A DNA stretch of 62,817 nt, filler included, from Aduncisulcus paluster (Eukaryota), in the NCBI GenBank assembly GCA_024181965.1. It is 11 parts of 11 records of this genome, joined end to end, with 100 filler letters (N's around TTAATTAATTAA, not from the genome) between each part and the next. Parts side by side here need not be neighbours in the genome. Positions count along the whole stretch, not along the records: positions 7,233 to 23,149 come from BQXS01011457.1; positions 23,250 to 28,007 come from BQXS01011458.1; positions 28,108 to 38,460 come from BQXS01011459.1; 8 more parts are not named here. One strand, written 5' to 3'. The position numbers and the translations under genes are program-made. This document shows positions 21,394 through 34,067 of this stretch, one piece after another (position 1 is the stretch's first letter; every line of letters begins with the position of its first letter). A model generated the notes under the pieces. The model did no database searches, was not told the DNA's origin, and worked only from the letters and a program-made list of their open reading frames with translations.

Positions 21394-23149
21394 ATGGAAC
21401 GAGAATGCAATATATATGAATATTGCTGTTGTTTCCAAAAGAACATTGATTATTGTTCTCTATTCTGTATGGTAATGGAAGCGCTTGAATCATTTTATAG
21501 GGATCAAAGGCGTATTTTTCATGGACAGATAACTCCAAGTGCAATCCATATTATTTATAATAAGAAAACGCATATTGAAAGTGCTAAAGTTGGTTCTTTA
21601 TCACCTTCAAAGGTAACCTTTGTTTTCCCCGATCTTTTTGGAAGCTCTGACCCCCAAAAGCATCCTTTTGATTTTATAAAATATGATCATTCAACTTCTA
21701 AACATGTTTATTTTGATCATTCTAAGCAGATCTCACTCTATTCGCCTCCTGAAGTTATCTCTGGTTCTAGACCCAGCAAGTCTCCTCAATGTGATATTTA
21801 CTCCCTTGGTCTTGTTTTATTTTCTTGTATTACTACCGATATTCCATTTCTTATCTCATCTGTGGCAGCAGTTGATATTCTCAAAAATATTGGCGATTTG
21901 TCGAATTCAGTTATGAAATTATTTGAAATGCATCATTCTTCATGCATTCCGTCGGCAAATGGACGAGTATTTGACATTATAAACCAGCATGAATTGTTAA
22001 TGGGACCAGATCCAACTAACTCTGAAAATAACATCCTTAACCTTCTTCTAGCATCCGTTATTGACCAAATGACACGGTATAACGCATCAGAAAGAGTCCA
22101 TTTTAGATTTATAAAGGGTCAATTCTCCATGATTCGTAAGTTAGCTCACCCGCCCTCTTTTCCTCGTGATTCAGAGACCTCCACGGCTCAAAAACCAGAT
22201 AAAGAGTCCAAAACAATCACATCTCCGCGAATTCAGGACTCCCATTTTCCAACTATATCCCAGAATTCGAGTTTCTTGACACCCTCACTCGATTCAACTG
22301 TCGGAAATGTTCCTACTTCACCTTCTCCATCTTCCACTGACTTTCTCACAACTATAAATAGTAACATGTGTGTTGATACTACCTTTGAACATAAGTTGGA
22401 TGATATTCATCAAGAAATTGATGAGAAGAACATAAAAGATAAGAAATCTGCCAAGAAAGCTCTAAAATCAAAGAAAAAAGAGGAAGAAGAGAAAGAAGGG
22501 AGAAGAAGAAGAAGAAGAGAAAAAAGAAGAAAAGGGTCAATTTGATGCTGTTATTCACCCTCTTGCTCTTTCTTCAGCTTCTCCCGCTGTTAACACAATA
22601 CTTACTCAGAAGATCGTTGAAGAACATGCTAAAGAACAACATAAACCTTCTCAACAATCTATTTTTGGACAAAAACAACAACCAGATCAAGAACAGGCTG
22701 CAGTATCGATGGTATCTTCTGGAGATCTTCCTTTCTTCAGGTTCTTCCACGATGACCCTATCTTATTCCCTATAAATGGACCTCTCTCATCTATAAATAT
22801 ATCTATTGAGAAACTTGAGAATAATTACCATGATGAACTGAGTTTTGATTGTGAGTTCTTTTGTGCTAAAGATCCCACTGATTCTTCTTCTTCTTCTTCT
22901 TCTTCTTCTTCTTCTCATTCTGTTGAATATAATATTAGAAAACATTCGCCTGAACTGATTTCTATCAAGGCCCAACTGTGGAAATTCCTCTCTTCTTCTT
23001 CAAATATTCCCTGTTCAGTGTCACTATGTATATTTTTAGACATTGAGAAACTTGAATCTGTTGTTGACCATTTTCCGACTGAATCTGACCTTCAACTCAC
23101 CATCAAAGAACTTTCTGAGATTTTATCTGTCTATTTTGATGAGACCATC
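21394..23149 (+). CDS. Kinase-fold protein (probable pseudokinase), frameshifted in a purine tract, 3'-truncated
   Basis: FHGQITPSAI (HRD position), PDLFG, YSPPEVI, CDIYSLG. After the GAA-rich tract at ~22470-22535 another frame (GQFDAVIHP...AVSMVSSG) is open into the 22709 ORF. Confidence 0.65.
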
Positions 23150-23249
23150 NNNNNNNNNNNNNNNNNNNNNNNNNNNNNNNNNNNNNNNNNNNNTTAATTA
23201 ATTAANNNNNNNNNNNNNNNNNNNNNNNNNNNNNNNNNNNNNNNNNNNN

Positions 23250-24322
23250 ACAGGCATAGGAGATGAACTCATAGCTGGCGGAGGCGGAGGAATGTCACTG
23301 GCATTGGTTGAATGCACAATCTTCTGGAAACGATGGGGAGAATTAGAATAAATATGCATTTTAGAATGTTTTTCGTATTTTGTAAGCTTTTTAAGACAAT
23401 GGCGAAGAGTTTCTTCGACAACTTCAAGTCTCTTCTCATAACGATCTGCTTTCTCACATGCAAACATGGCTTCCTGTTCCAAATTGGCTATTCGGACAGC
23501 TTTTTGAGATTCACGGAGTACGATACTTTCTTGCTCCAATTTTTTGATGGAGTTTTCCAAAAACATGATTCTACGTTTGAGAATTTGATTCTCTGTTCTC
23601 CCAGGGGTGAATTCATGCAGAAGAGCACTTCCAGCAGTCCCCAAAGAAGCTTTTCGACCGAGTAATTCCTCATTAATACGCCTTTGCTTGGAGAGATCAC
23701 CAGTAGCTTTTCTAAGCTTTGTGGTAAGTTGAGTGATCGTCTCGGTTTGATCTTTCAGTTGGCGTTTTAGTTTTTGAATTGTTTCTGCCATTGATTCGGA
23801 ATCAAGATATGAAGAACCGCGGGATGAATATTTTTTTCTAATCGTATTGGGGTGGGGTTCTTTATGAGTTATTCTTGCCTTGGCACTAGACGGACGTTGT
23901 CTTCGCGACATTATCGCAGATGTAGAACGTTTTGCTGTTGCACTACTCGGACGGGACCTCCTTGGTTTGGGAGGTGGTTTGGGAATTTCTTCTTCCATTT
24001 CTTCATATTTCATAATATCTAATCCTTCTGCAGATGCTTGTATGGGCCTTTCTCGAGCTTCCAACTGGGGATGACCGGGTAAAATTAAATAATCTCCAGG
24101 AAATCCTTCAAATACTGGAGATATTTTAGAAATATCAATTCCATGCAACGCAGTTTGTTTTTTAACATGATTTTTTGCTCGATATGTCCTTGACTCTCTT
24201 AAAGATCGACGTGAAGATCGTAGATCTGTAACTCTCTAAGAAAATAAAAAATTAGTAAATAATATGATATATTTTGTCTTAAATTTGAATCATATTAAAA
24301 ATTTGGGTGAAATACATACCAT
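23250..24322 (-). CDS. Coiled-coil protein, IQCE-like, 3'-truncated
   Basis: ATG (24322-24320) directly followed by a GTATGT..TTAG intron 24319-24236, giving M|RVTDLRSSRR in frame. RPSSA motifs; ESMAETIQKLKRQL..LTTKLRK..EELL..LKRRIMFLE resembles the IQCE N-terminal coil. Confidence 0.6.
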
Positions 24323-24481
24323 TAAAATCTAGATTAACAAAAAAATTACCACTTTCTTTGTATCTCATAAGAAAATTACAATTTTGATATAATAATACAT
24401 AGGATTGAAAAAACATCGAAAATTTATGGATTTATTGAAAAATAAAATTTTGAAAAATTTTAAACGGGTGAGAAAAGCTGA

Positions 24482-25225
24482 TCACCATTTCAAGGCGAAA
24501 GCACGGAGGTTATCGATGGTTCTAGCCCCAGAAAATTGATCAACGTCGTCGCCAGAAAACCTTTTGACGGTGGGATATCCACGAATTCCCTGAGCTTTAC
24601 ACACATCGAAGTAAGCGACACAACTTACCTGAGCAATTATTATATTTTGATCAGCAACAACTTCAGCCAATTGATGATATGTAGGGGCGAGTTTTTGAGA
24701 ATGAGGACACCAATCAGCATAGAATAACACAACGGTTGTGGTATCTCCATAGGCTATAGAATTAAAAGATTGATCGGTGAGTTCGACAACTTTTCCACGA
24801 ACTATTTCGAAAGTTTCCATGTTAAATTCTTCTTCTTCATCATCTTCAACCTCAGGGATATGTTTTTGAACGAATGCATCAAGGGTTTCAAAATCACGTT
24901 TTCCAGAGAACTTTTGGAAGTCAGTCTCACCTTGGACATACATTCTTAAAGTAGGGTAGCCCCTAATTCCATTCTCGGAACAAAATGTACGGTATTCATC
25001 ACAATTAACCCTACCAAACTTAATATTGGGATTATCGGCGTATTCTTCAGATAACTTCTTGAAAGTGGGGGCTAAACGTTTACAATGGCCACACCATGGG
25101 GCAAAAAACTTAACAAAATATGAACTATCACTCCCTACCTTGTGGAAAGTCTGTGGAGTGAGCTCTTCGACATAAGCCAGACAAAAAACAATAGCTACAA
25201 ATATTATTAAAATTTGAAATTTCAT
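24482..25225 (-). CDS. Protein disulfide isomerase family, two thioredoxin domains
   Basis: Signal peptide; FFAPWCGHCK and FYADWCPHSQ active sites; GIRGYPT twice. Confidence 0.93.
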   Translation of the reverse strand: MKFQILIIFVAIVFCLAYVEELTPQTFHKVGSDSSYFVKFFAPWCGHCKRLAPTFKKLSEEYADNPNIKFGRVNCDEYRTFCSENGIRGYPTLRMYVQGETDFQKFSGKRDFETLDAFVQKHIPEVEDDEEEEFNMETFEIVRGKVVELTDQSFNSIAYGDTTTVVLFYADWCPHSQKLAPTYHQLAEVVADQNIIIAQVSCVAYFDVCKAQGIRGYPTVKRFSGDDVDQFSGARTIDNLRAFALKW

Positions 25226-25446
25226 ATTGCAGATAATATTTAAGATATCCTAAAATTGATCACCTGACAAGAGAAAAAAGTCGCTCTCAAAATGAAATTG
25301 TTGTGGGAGGTTAAATATGGGAAAGTAAACATATTATCAACTCAAAAAATACTGCGGGATTTTCAAATAAATTTAAGATTTATATTTGATCTGGCATCTT
25401 CAAGGGAGAAATTTTTTTTGCTATTTTCGTGGTGATTGAATTTAGA

Positions 25447-25852
25447 ATGGATCTCGAAAAGACACGATTTGAGCTAGAATTAGAATTTGTTCAATTGTTA
25501 GGAGTTCCAAAATATCTAAAATGTATGTTTTTCTTTTGTTGATAGATCGAGGTGATTGTGGGCCCAATGTTAATTTTTCTTGGAATACAACTTTATATTT
25601 TCTGTTGTTTTATATATAGATCTCAAAGACCAAGGTTATTTTTCCAAGCCTGCTTTCAGAGCCTATATTAAGTATTTACAATATTGGAAGGAACCAGCAT
25701 ACTCAAAATTTTTAAAATTTCCCCAATGTTTGTTTTATCTTGACATTATTCAAGATCCAGCCTTTATAGAATCTTTGACTGAGGATAGAGTTTCAGCCTT
25801 ACAAGATGCAAGTGGACGAGAATGGTTTGGATATGAAACTTCCTCAAAATAG
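25447..25852 (+). CDS. MED31: Mediator subunit 31 (Soh1), one intron
   Basis: Exons 25447-25522 and 25620-25852 (intron GTATGT..TAG 25523-25619) give MDLEKTRFELELEFVQLLGVPKYLKYLKDQGYF...YLQYWKEPAYSKFLKFPQCL. Confidence 0.93.
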
Positions 25853-26907
25853 AGCCAGCAATTGATATTTCAAGATGTATATTCTCCTCCAATTCCTCTA
25901 AACTTCTCCCCTCCGGACATTCTCACGCATCGTCTCTGAAAAGTGTTGATTCTCTCGTTGATCTCTCTGTTCGTGAGGAGACTGACGAGAGAGATGCTGT
26001 GTATGATAAACCCAGACTATCGAAGTATCTTCAGAGAAAGATTGAAGGGAAGACAGGGGAAGAGGAAGAACGTGGATGGACGGGAAAGAGGAGGAACTTG
26101 GGTGATGAGTTCTCTGCACTTCAAACCAGAGGCGTGAGACCTGGGAGAGGGAGAGACCGTGGGAGAGGAAGAGGAAGGCAGGGACGGAGTGAAGGATATA
26201 GAAATGAAGGATCGCGAAGAGGAAGAGGAAGAGGGAGAGGAAGAGGGAGAGGAAAAGGAAAATAATCGTTAAAATATTTATTTAACTGTCGGAATGTTAT
26301 TTATAATAATCATATGGGGTTATACTGCTTTATATAGCCTCCATCAGATGAATTTGTCTCTAGTAAACTATGGACTGGATTTTGTTGGAGCCAGTTATTA
26401 TATTTGCTTTTAAAAGGAAATTTAAATGCCATTTCTTCCCTTAAAAATGAGAAAATACCTTGATAACAGTGTGTCTATGAAAATTGGAGTTTTGGACAGA
26501 ATTGCATGATATCCATATCCTATGAATATCTATTTTGAAATGTAATATTTCATTTAAATCTTTTCAAAGCAACCATATTTCTATTGGAACGTTCAATCTA
26601 ATGTAGAATCATTTAATACTGTAATACCTTACTTCTGCTATATTATACCGATGAAAATGTCAATAGATGAATCTCAAATAGCATTTTGATTGTAGTTTTC
26701 AAATTTTTATTCCCCTTATGACATCTTCTTAGTGCATGGCTATTCATTGATCTTTTGTAATTGATGATCTATGATTGATTCCACAAATCTCATCTGATAT
26801 ATTACCTAACCCTAATAATTATGTGTGTTTATATTTCACGTTTTTTTTTTTTTGCTTCTATATAACAATATTTTTCTTATATACAACAAATTACAATAAT
26901 CCATACA

Positions 26908-28007
26908 ATGTCTGCACCAGCTGTTGGAATTGATTTAGGAACAACATATTCGTGTGTTGCTGCCTTTGAGAATGATCGTGTTGAGATTATTGCCAATACT
27001 CAAGGAAATAAGACCACTCCTTCATATGTCGCTTTCAATGAAGAGGAACGTCTTATTGGAGACGCTGCGAAGAGCCAAGCTGCCATGAATCCGTCCAACA
27101 CCGTGTTTGATGCGAAACGTCTGATTGGTCGGAAGTTCTCTGATGCCGAGGTTCAACGAGACATTCGACACTGGCCCTTCAAGGTCATTTGTCGTGACGG
27201 TGATAAGCCTTACATTGAGGTGTCCCACAAAGGGGAAAAGAAAGTGTTCTCACCTGAGCAGATATCTTCCATGGTTCTTGGCCGCATGCGTGATGTGGCT
27301 GCTGATTATCTCGGGAAGAAGGTTGACAAGGCTGTCGTGACTGTTCCGGCATACTTTAACGATTCACAGCGTCAAGCCACGAAGGATGCGGGTACTATTG
27401 CCGGTCTTGAGGTGCTTCGTGTTGTCAATGAACCCACCGCCGCGGCCATGGCATATGGTCTTGACAAGAAAGTATCTGGAGAGAAGAACATCCTCATCTT
27501 TGACCTTGGTGGAGGGACATTCGATGTCTCTCTGTTGACGATCGACCATGAAGTGTTTGAAGTCAAGGCCACTGCGGGAGATACACATCTCGGGGGAGAG
27601 GACTTCGATAGTCGTCTTGTCAATCATTTCGTGCAAGAGTTCCATCGAAAGTACCACAAGGATCTGAGCACAAACCCTCGTTCTCTGCGTCGTCTGCGCA
27701 CTGCATGTGAGCGAGCCAAGCGTAATCTGTCGTCCACTGTGAAAACACGGATCGAGATCGATGGCTTGTTCGAAGGGATTGACTTCTTCTCCAGTCTCAG
27801 CCGTGCAAGGTTCGAAGAGCTCAATATGGATCTGTTCCGGAAGTGTCTTGAGCCTGTGGAGCGTGTGATCCGAGACTCCGATATTGACAAGGCGTCTGTG
27901 GATGAAATCGTGCTCGTTGGTGGATCTACACGTATCCCAAGGGTACAACAGCTCCTGCGAGACTTCTTTGGCGGGAAGGAGCTGTGTCGTTCAATCAATC
28001 CTGATGA
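26908..28007 (+). CDS. HSP70: Cytosolic HSP70, 3'-truncated
   Basis: [53 protein letters not shown]; no signal peptide. Confidence 0.98.
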
Positions 28008-28107
28008 NNNNNNNNNNNNNNNNNNNNNNNNNNNNNNNNNNNNNNNNNNNNTTAATTAATTAANNNNNNNNNNNNNNNNNNNNNNNNNNNNNNNNNNNNN
28101 NNNNNNN

Positions 28108-30272
28108 GCTACAAGTTGCTGAACACGTTTAAGAGCAGATTTGCGTTGTTCAGCCCGCTTCTTCTCTTCAATTTTCAAAGCCCTACGTTCTAGTACTTGC
28201 TTCCTCTCGATTTCACGCTGTATTCTTTCAGCAGCTTCTTGCTTGCGTTTCTCCTCTTTCTTTCGAAGACGAATGAGTTGACGTTCTTTCTCAACTTTTT
28301 GTTGTTCAAGTCGACGTTCTTGTAAAGCTCGTTGATTCTTTTTCTGCCTCTCTTTTGCCTCAAGTTCTGCTATTCTCTCATTTTCTTTCTCAATTTCTAT
28401 TTTTTTCTTTTTTCTCATTTCGATAATTTTCTTCTTTTTTTGTCTCATCTGTTCGTTCTTCTCCCTTTTCTTCTTCATCCTTTCTTTCCTTTTTTTCTGC
28501 CGCTCTTTGATCTCCTCGAGATCTTCATCAGTGAGATCAGGCACATGCTGGAGAGAACTAATACCGTAGGGTGATGTTAGCACAGAGGGCATCAAAGAAA
28601 CGGACATGGAGGTATATTGGTCACGGAGGCGAATAAGTTGCGCCATCGAGGGTTGAACCCGGGGCCTGGCACTTGTTGGAGGATGTGGTTTAATTTTAAG
28701 AGAGTTGGAAGTCGTGGCGATCGACGAGAAAGGTCGCATTGAACCTAAACCATAGAATAGAGCTCTTTCTTTCGCCAATCTATCTGTGTGAGGTCGTGAC
28801 CCATCAGTAGCTACGGTAGCTCTCCTGACTCGTGCCGAAAAAGATGAATTATTCCCGGTCATTTTGTCAAGTTCATTGGTAACTACACTTGAGAGAGCAG
28901 GAGTCGTAACGAGTCCTGTGTCAACAAACATCTTTCTGTGCATCCTAGGAGACACAGGAGCCTCGTATATCTCCTTCATGTGTTCCTTTGAGGGGAGAGA
29001 TTGGGATTCTTCCTGTGAGGACTCTGAGGATTTGGGCTCACCAGATTTGGAATCTATTTGAGAAGGTTTTGAATGATTATTATTATTGATATGATTGATA
29101 TTGTGATTATCCGTTAATCGAAATCCAATTTTTGGAACAACATGACTCGAGGAAAGGGAAGGCGAAGCGGGTGATGTTGCGGACATGTGAGTGGATGTTC
29201 GCGCGCATTTTTGATCAGTCCAGGGCAAACGAAGACGTGGGACAGGGTGGAACCTGTGACCAGAAATAGCAGAGTCTGACCATGGCGAAGGATTCGTTGG
29301 TGGGTGAGGAATGAGAGTATTTGTTGGGGTGGCAGGATTAGATGAAAGAGAATGGTTTGTTGTGGAAGGAATATCAAGCGATTTCGGTGTTAATATTGGA
29401 GCTTTGATAGTTGTGGATTCCTCTATTGGATTCAAGGGAGATGTAGACCGTGTGGCAGCAGTCATGACAGCGGTCACAGCATTAACGGATGCAAGAGCCG
29501 TTATAATCGAAGGTGATGGGATGGTATGTTCATTTATAGGCACATAAGTCCCTGTAGACTGGCTTTCATGGGGAGATTGAACATGAATAGATGATGACCG
29601 ATCAGAACCAATTGAATGCCGGACAATTGGAGGAGGAGTCTGCGCTTTTCCAAATGAATATGATACTTGAGGTGATTTTTTCGTTGGAAGGCGTTTGGAA
29701 GGAGTAATATCAATTGACTTCTTTGGTGAAAACCTTCTACTCTTTGGAGAAATATCATCAGAATGTTGAGTTGAATCACCACGGGGAGATATATCAATTC
29801 GATCTTTTGTTCTCGATTTAGGAGCAGATTTGCTCCGGGAACCATATAATTTGACTCTATCACCAAGAACAGAACCATGATGAGTTAAAGTTGGAGTAAT
29901 CGAAGTTTTTCTATAATCCCCACTAATTAATGGGAGAGAAGAATCATATCCTGAACCGGAAGTTGTTGGTGGTGATGGATGATGTGTATATTTAGCAACT
30001 ATACTTTCCTGTTTTTGATATTTCTTTAAACCATGAACACCAGCTGATTTTGATCTATGTTGACCATGATCCTTATTTTTGATCGCTCTTACAGGATTGG
30101 AATATACTTTATGTAGCTGTTTGAGACTATCTTGGGCTGTAAGTCGCCGTTTGGAAATTTTTGATGATTTATGTGGCTTTCGTGAATGTCTATTTAGTTT
30201 TTCGTATGGTTTTTGAGGTGATATTGGGAAGGATACAACAAATTTAGAGTTTTCTACTTTAGATCCACCCAT
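28108..30272 (-). CDS. Hypothetical Ser/Pro-rich protein with K/E/R coiled coil, 3'-truncated
   Basis: 2.1-kb ORF from ATG 30272 into the linker; no family recognised. Confidence 0.75.
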
Positions 30273-30606
30273 ATTATAGATTTGTGAATTTGGAATAATA
30301 TCACAATGTTTGAGAAGTTATGGAATGGAAAACACAATTATATTGTGAAATTATTTGGTTTTAGTTGGAATAAATTATTTGAAAATTTAATAAAACACCA
30401 ATAACAAAAAAATGAGTTTAATATCTTCAATCAAGGTATGTTTACTTAACGACGTTTCCTAATATGATAATGTAAATATGTATTAATAAAAAAAGTATTT
30501 GAAAATGAAAAATTGTCAGTATATGGCGATGGAGAAAAAAACAGCGTATCTATCACAGTGTATGTTGATAGAAAATATTTAAACCAGTTAATTATGATAC
30601 CTATTT

Positions 30607-31292
30607 CTATTTTCCACAACATCCTGTCCCTTCACTCGATGGTGTTTGATCGAGTTGAAGCTGATCTGTGAGGGAAACTTCTGCTGGTTTTCTAGCACCT
30701 CTGGATAGCTTTTCAGCAATGTACATAAAAACCTTATTCACTCCAACTCCTGTTTTAGCTGAAGTTTCGAAGTAAGGACAAGAGTGGCTTCCAGCACAGG
30801 CTTCACCACGATCGGAGGTGACCACCCTTCGTAACTTCAAATCACACTTATTTCCAACAATAACTTTCACGCAACCTTCAGGAGATCCTCTTTCAATCGA
30901 AGAAATCCAATATTCAACCCTCTTAAAAGATTTTTCATCGGTAACATCGTATGCCAAGATTACAGCATCTGCAGATCTAAAATATGATTTGACAATGGTT
31001 TTAAATCTCTCTTGACCAGCAGAATCCCATAATTGAAGAGTAATTAACTTACCATCAACTTTCACATCCTTATTCTTGAAATCTATTCCAACTGTTGTAA
31101 CAAATCCTTCTGAAAACATATCATCAGCAAATCTAAGTAAAATGGCACTTTTACCAACGCCTTAAACGTAGAATAAGTACAAATTAACGAAAATAGGATT
31201 ATCTCTAGTTCTCTTCATAAGATATCAATAACTATTTGCAAAAACATACCACTTTCTCCAACCAATAATATTTTATAGACTTCTTCAGCCAT
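30607..31292 (-). CDS. Rab GTPase (Rab1/Rab8-like), one intron
   Basis: Exon 31292-31250, intron GTATGT..AAG 31249-31161 restoring GESGVGKS; TTVGIDF, WDSAGQERF, GNKCD, ETSAK, C-terminal CCGK. Confidence 0.93.
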
Positions 31293-31593
31293 TATATGTG
31301 TATTCCTTACAAAAAACCACAATCATTGAAGAAAATTTCGACCCATGGAGTCATTTATATTTCAGGAAGGAATTTCACGGATAAAAATAAATCAATTCAC
31401 TTAGACACAACATTGATATAATTTATTTTATGCTTGATAACTTAAAAGGCTTCAGATAAGGGCCGATGAAAACTCCGATTTTTTCTTTTCGTTCCGAAAA
31501 CCGGCGTGGAGTCAACAAGGGCTAATCATTAGCCAATAATTTCAACTTGAAATTCTGTTCCAATATGCTTTGATGAAGATAAAACTCCAGAAT

Positions 31594-32532
31594 CTATCCC
31601 TCTTTATCAATATATTCGAGGAACATCTCTGACAATTTCTTCTTCCCATTGCCATCAGATTTCTCTGAATCATCACTCATTCCAACAGAAGAAGAAGATC
31701 TCTTATCGGTGGGTGAGGTATCTTTATGATCCTTATCCTTGGGAATCCCACAATAAAACTTATCTTTATCTGAAAATTTAAAAACTTCAGCAACTGCCCG
31801 AACAGCAGGGAAAACATCTTCACTCCATTCTTTAGATGCAAACCAACGCGTTTTACGCTCATTATATAGAGATTTAAGGAGTCCGACAGTGAGATTACGA
31901 CAGACGCTGATATCAATCATTTCAACATAGGCTAAACTTTGAGAAACAAGGTCGGTAAGACGTTGGCAACCCCGTCTAAGAGCAGAAATTTCCTCAGCTT
32001 GCTGTTTTTTCCCTTCAATAATCTGAAATATTTGTCTTTCATACCCAAACTTATCTTCCATGCTCATTCTCCCCCTTTCTTCAGATACCCTTGCTTTTTC
32101 CTCCGCTTTCTTTAACATTCTTTTGGCAGCCGCATTAGACAAAGCATCTAGTCTCCATTCCTTCACTTCTTTCTCGGATTTCGCCAAAGAGGCATGAAGA
32201 GTTGAAATAGTCTCTTTATATCCTTCGATAAGCATACTAATATCCTCACTTGGCAACATTTCTTCCTTTGAAGAAGAAGATACCTCACTTGACGGGATGT
32301 CAATAGCAATATGTTGCAAAGAGGTGGGAGTTTCAAGGTGTTTTCTTTCATGTAATGGTTCATTTGGTCTTTTAGGTATTTGAGAAGATATTGGAGGACG
32401 TTTTTGTTCCTCTTTTAATTTCCTTTCCTGAGATTGGATCAATGATTCAGTTCCAGGTATAATATTCCCACGACCATAGGTAGAAGTGGTCAAATCTTTC
32501 TCTTGTAGAGCTTCTTTTAATTTAGAAAACAT
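31594..32532 (-). CDS. Coiled-coil protein with possible GRAB/GA1 end (GMAP-210/Rud3-like golgin)
   Basis: Coiled coil then IDISVCRNL...AEVFKFSDKDKFYCGI and terminal LSEMFLEYIDKE. Confidence 0.5.
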   Translation of the reverse strand: MFSKLKEALQEKDLTTSTYGRGNIIPGTESLIQSQERKLKEEQKRPPISSQIPKRPNEPLHERKHLETPTSLQHIAIDIPSSEVSSSSKEEMLPSEDISMLIEGYKETISTLHASLAKSEKEVKEWRLDALSNAAAKRMLKKAEEKARVSEERGRMSMEDKFGYERQIFQIIEGKKQQAEEISALRRGCQRLTDLVSQSLAYVEMIDISVCRNLTVGLLKSLYNERKTRWFASKEWSEDVFPAVRAVAEVFKFSDKDKFYCGIPKDKDHKDTSPTDKRSSSSVGMSDDSEKSDGNGKKKLSEMFLEYIDKEG

Positions 32533-32777
32533 TATAATTTATATGGCATGTTATTATGGTGACGAAAAATGAAAATGTTAAAGTCAAAACGATAAAATGA
32601 ATGCTCTTTATTAAAAGATGTTAAAGAAACAATGATATATGAAGAATCTGAATAGAAAAAAAAATAAATACAGAGAATGAACTAGAATTTCAGAAGATAC
32701 AGATTAACAATCTTCTGGAAAGATTTCCAACAGTTTACCATTATACAATGGCAGGATTAACAAGCATCAAGTAGTAT

Positions 32778-33752
32778 CTACTCAATATATTTCGGAAGTA
32801 AAGGTCTGAGTTTGGCACAAATCGCGGGATCAACACATTTCATGTCGGTCATGATGGCACCAGCCATAATGCCATGAACAGAGAAATCAAGGGTACTTTG
32901 CTCAGAAATACGTTCTGACATATCAGATACCCATTTTTTCATGATCAAAGCAGCGTTCTTTCCATTAACAGCTTGAACTTGAGAAACCATGGCAGCAGTA
33001 ACGGCCTCATGGGCTTCAATGTACCAACAATCATAGTCAGTAACAAGAGCGACACATGAATAAGCGATTTCACACTCACAACATAATTTTGCCTCTGTCA
33101 GAGCAGTCATTCCAACAATATCGAACCCAAGTTTACGGTAGGTAATGGATTCAGTGTAAGTACTAAAAGCAGGACCTTCAATACAGACATATGAGCTTGG
33201 TTCTTTCCGAGGGAAGACATTAGCAGGCAAAGACTCATCACTGGAATAAGAGGAAGGAAGGAACAGGGAGGCATCACCAATAAGTTGTGAGGCAAGAGAA
33301 ATAATCGATTTAGATAATAGATCGTTCTGTTCCGGGCTTGTTGGGTTTGAAAATGGTGCGTGAGCGGCAATTTCAGTGAAGAAAGTATCTTTCCTGTGCC
33401 GGGTGCGATCATAAAATTGTTCAATAACAACGAGATCTCTGGGTTTCATCTCTTTTTGGAGGGAACCAACAGCAGAAAAGGCAAGAACGTGACGGACCCC
33501 GAGTGATTTTAGCGCATAAATATTGGCTTGGTAAGGACAGGTGGTTGGAGTGTAAACATGTCCTTTGGCATGACGAGCAATGTAAGCAACACGAGTTCCT
33601 CCCAGTGTTCCAATGATAATTGGGCAGGAATCTCCAAAAGGAGTTTTGGAGATAAATTCTCTTTCGATCTCAACTCCAGCAGCTTCATACAATCCACTTC
33701 CACCAATAATAGCAATGGAAATAGAAGAATCAGAAATAATGGGTTCAGGCAT
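32778..33752 (-). CDS. MTAP: 5'-methylthioadenosine phosphorylase
   Basis: IIGGSGLY, ARHAKGH, ANIYALKSLG, SAVGSL, IEGPAFST, GMT, VTDYDCW. Confidence 0.93.
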   Translation of the reverse strand: MPEPIISDSSISIAIIGGSGLYEAAGVEIEREFISKTPFGDSCPIIIGTLGGTRVAYIARHAKGHVYTPTTCPYQANIYALKSLGVRHVLAFSAVGSLQKEMKPRDLVVIEQFYDRTRHRKDTFFTEIAAHAPFSNPTSPEQNDLLSKSIISLASQLIGDASLFLPSSYSSDESLPANVFPRKEPSSYVCIEGPAFSTYTESITYRKLGFDIVGMTALTEAKLCCECEIAYSCVALVTDYDCWYIEAHEAVTAAMVSQVQAVNGKNAALIMKKWVSDMSERISEQSTLDFSVHGIMAGAIMTDMKCVDPAICAKLRPLLPKYIE

Positions 33753-34067
33753 TTTATAAAGTCAAGTTATCAAGCTCCTTGTTAGGAAAGCCAATGAAAA
33801 CAAATTTTCTTGATTATCTTCTCACCTGAATGGATTCCCGATATAGATATTGCAAGGAATAATGATTCCACGTTAACTAGAAAATGAATTATGTATATTA
33901 TCCTCAATATATATTTTTTTTCCCTTGAAAAGTCCCTGTCTGACACGTGGTCACCACCAGTCAATAACTTGATGATCATCATCAAATTTGCTAAAATTAA
34001 AGGTAATTTTACAAATAAAGACGAATTTGAAATATTTTATTGCATAATTCGGTCTCCAATTACTGAT

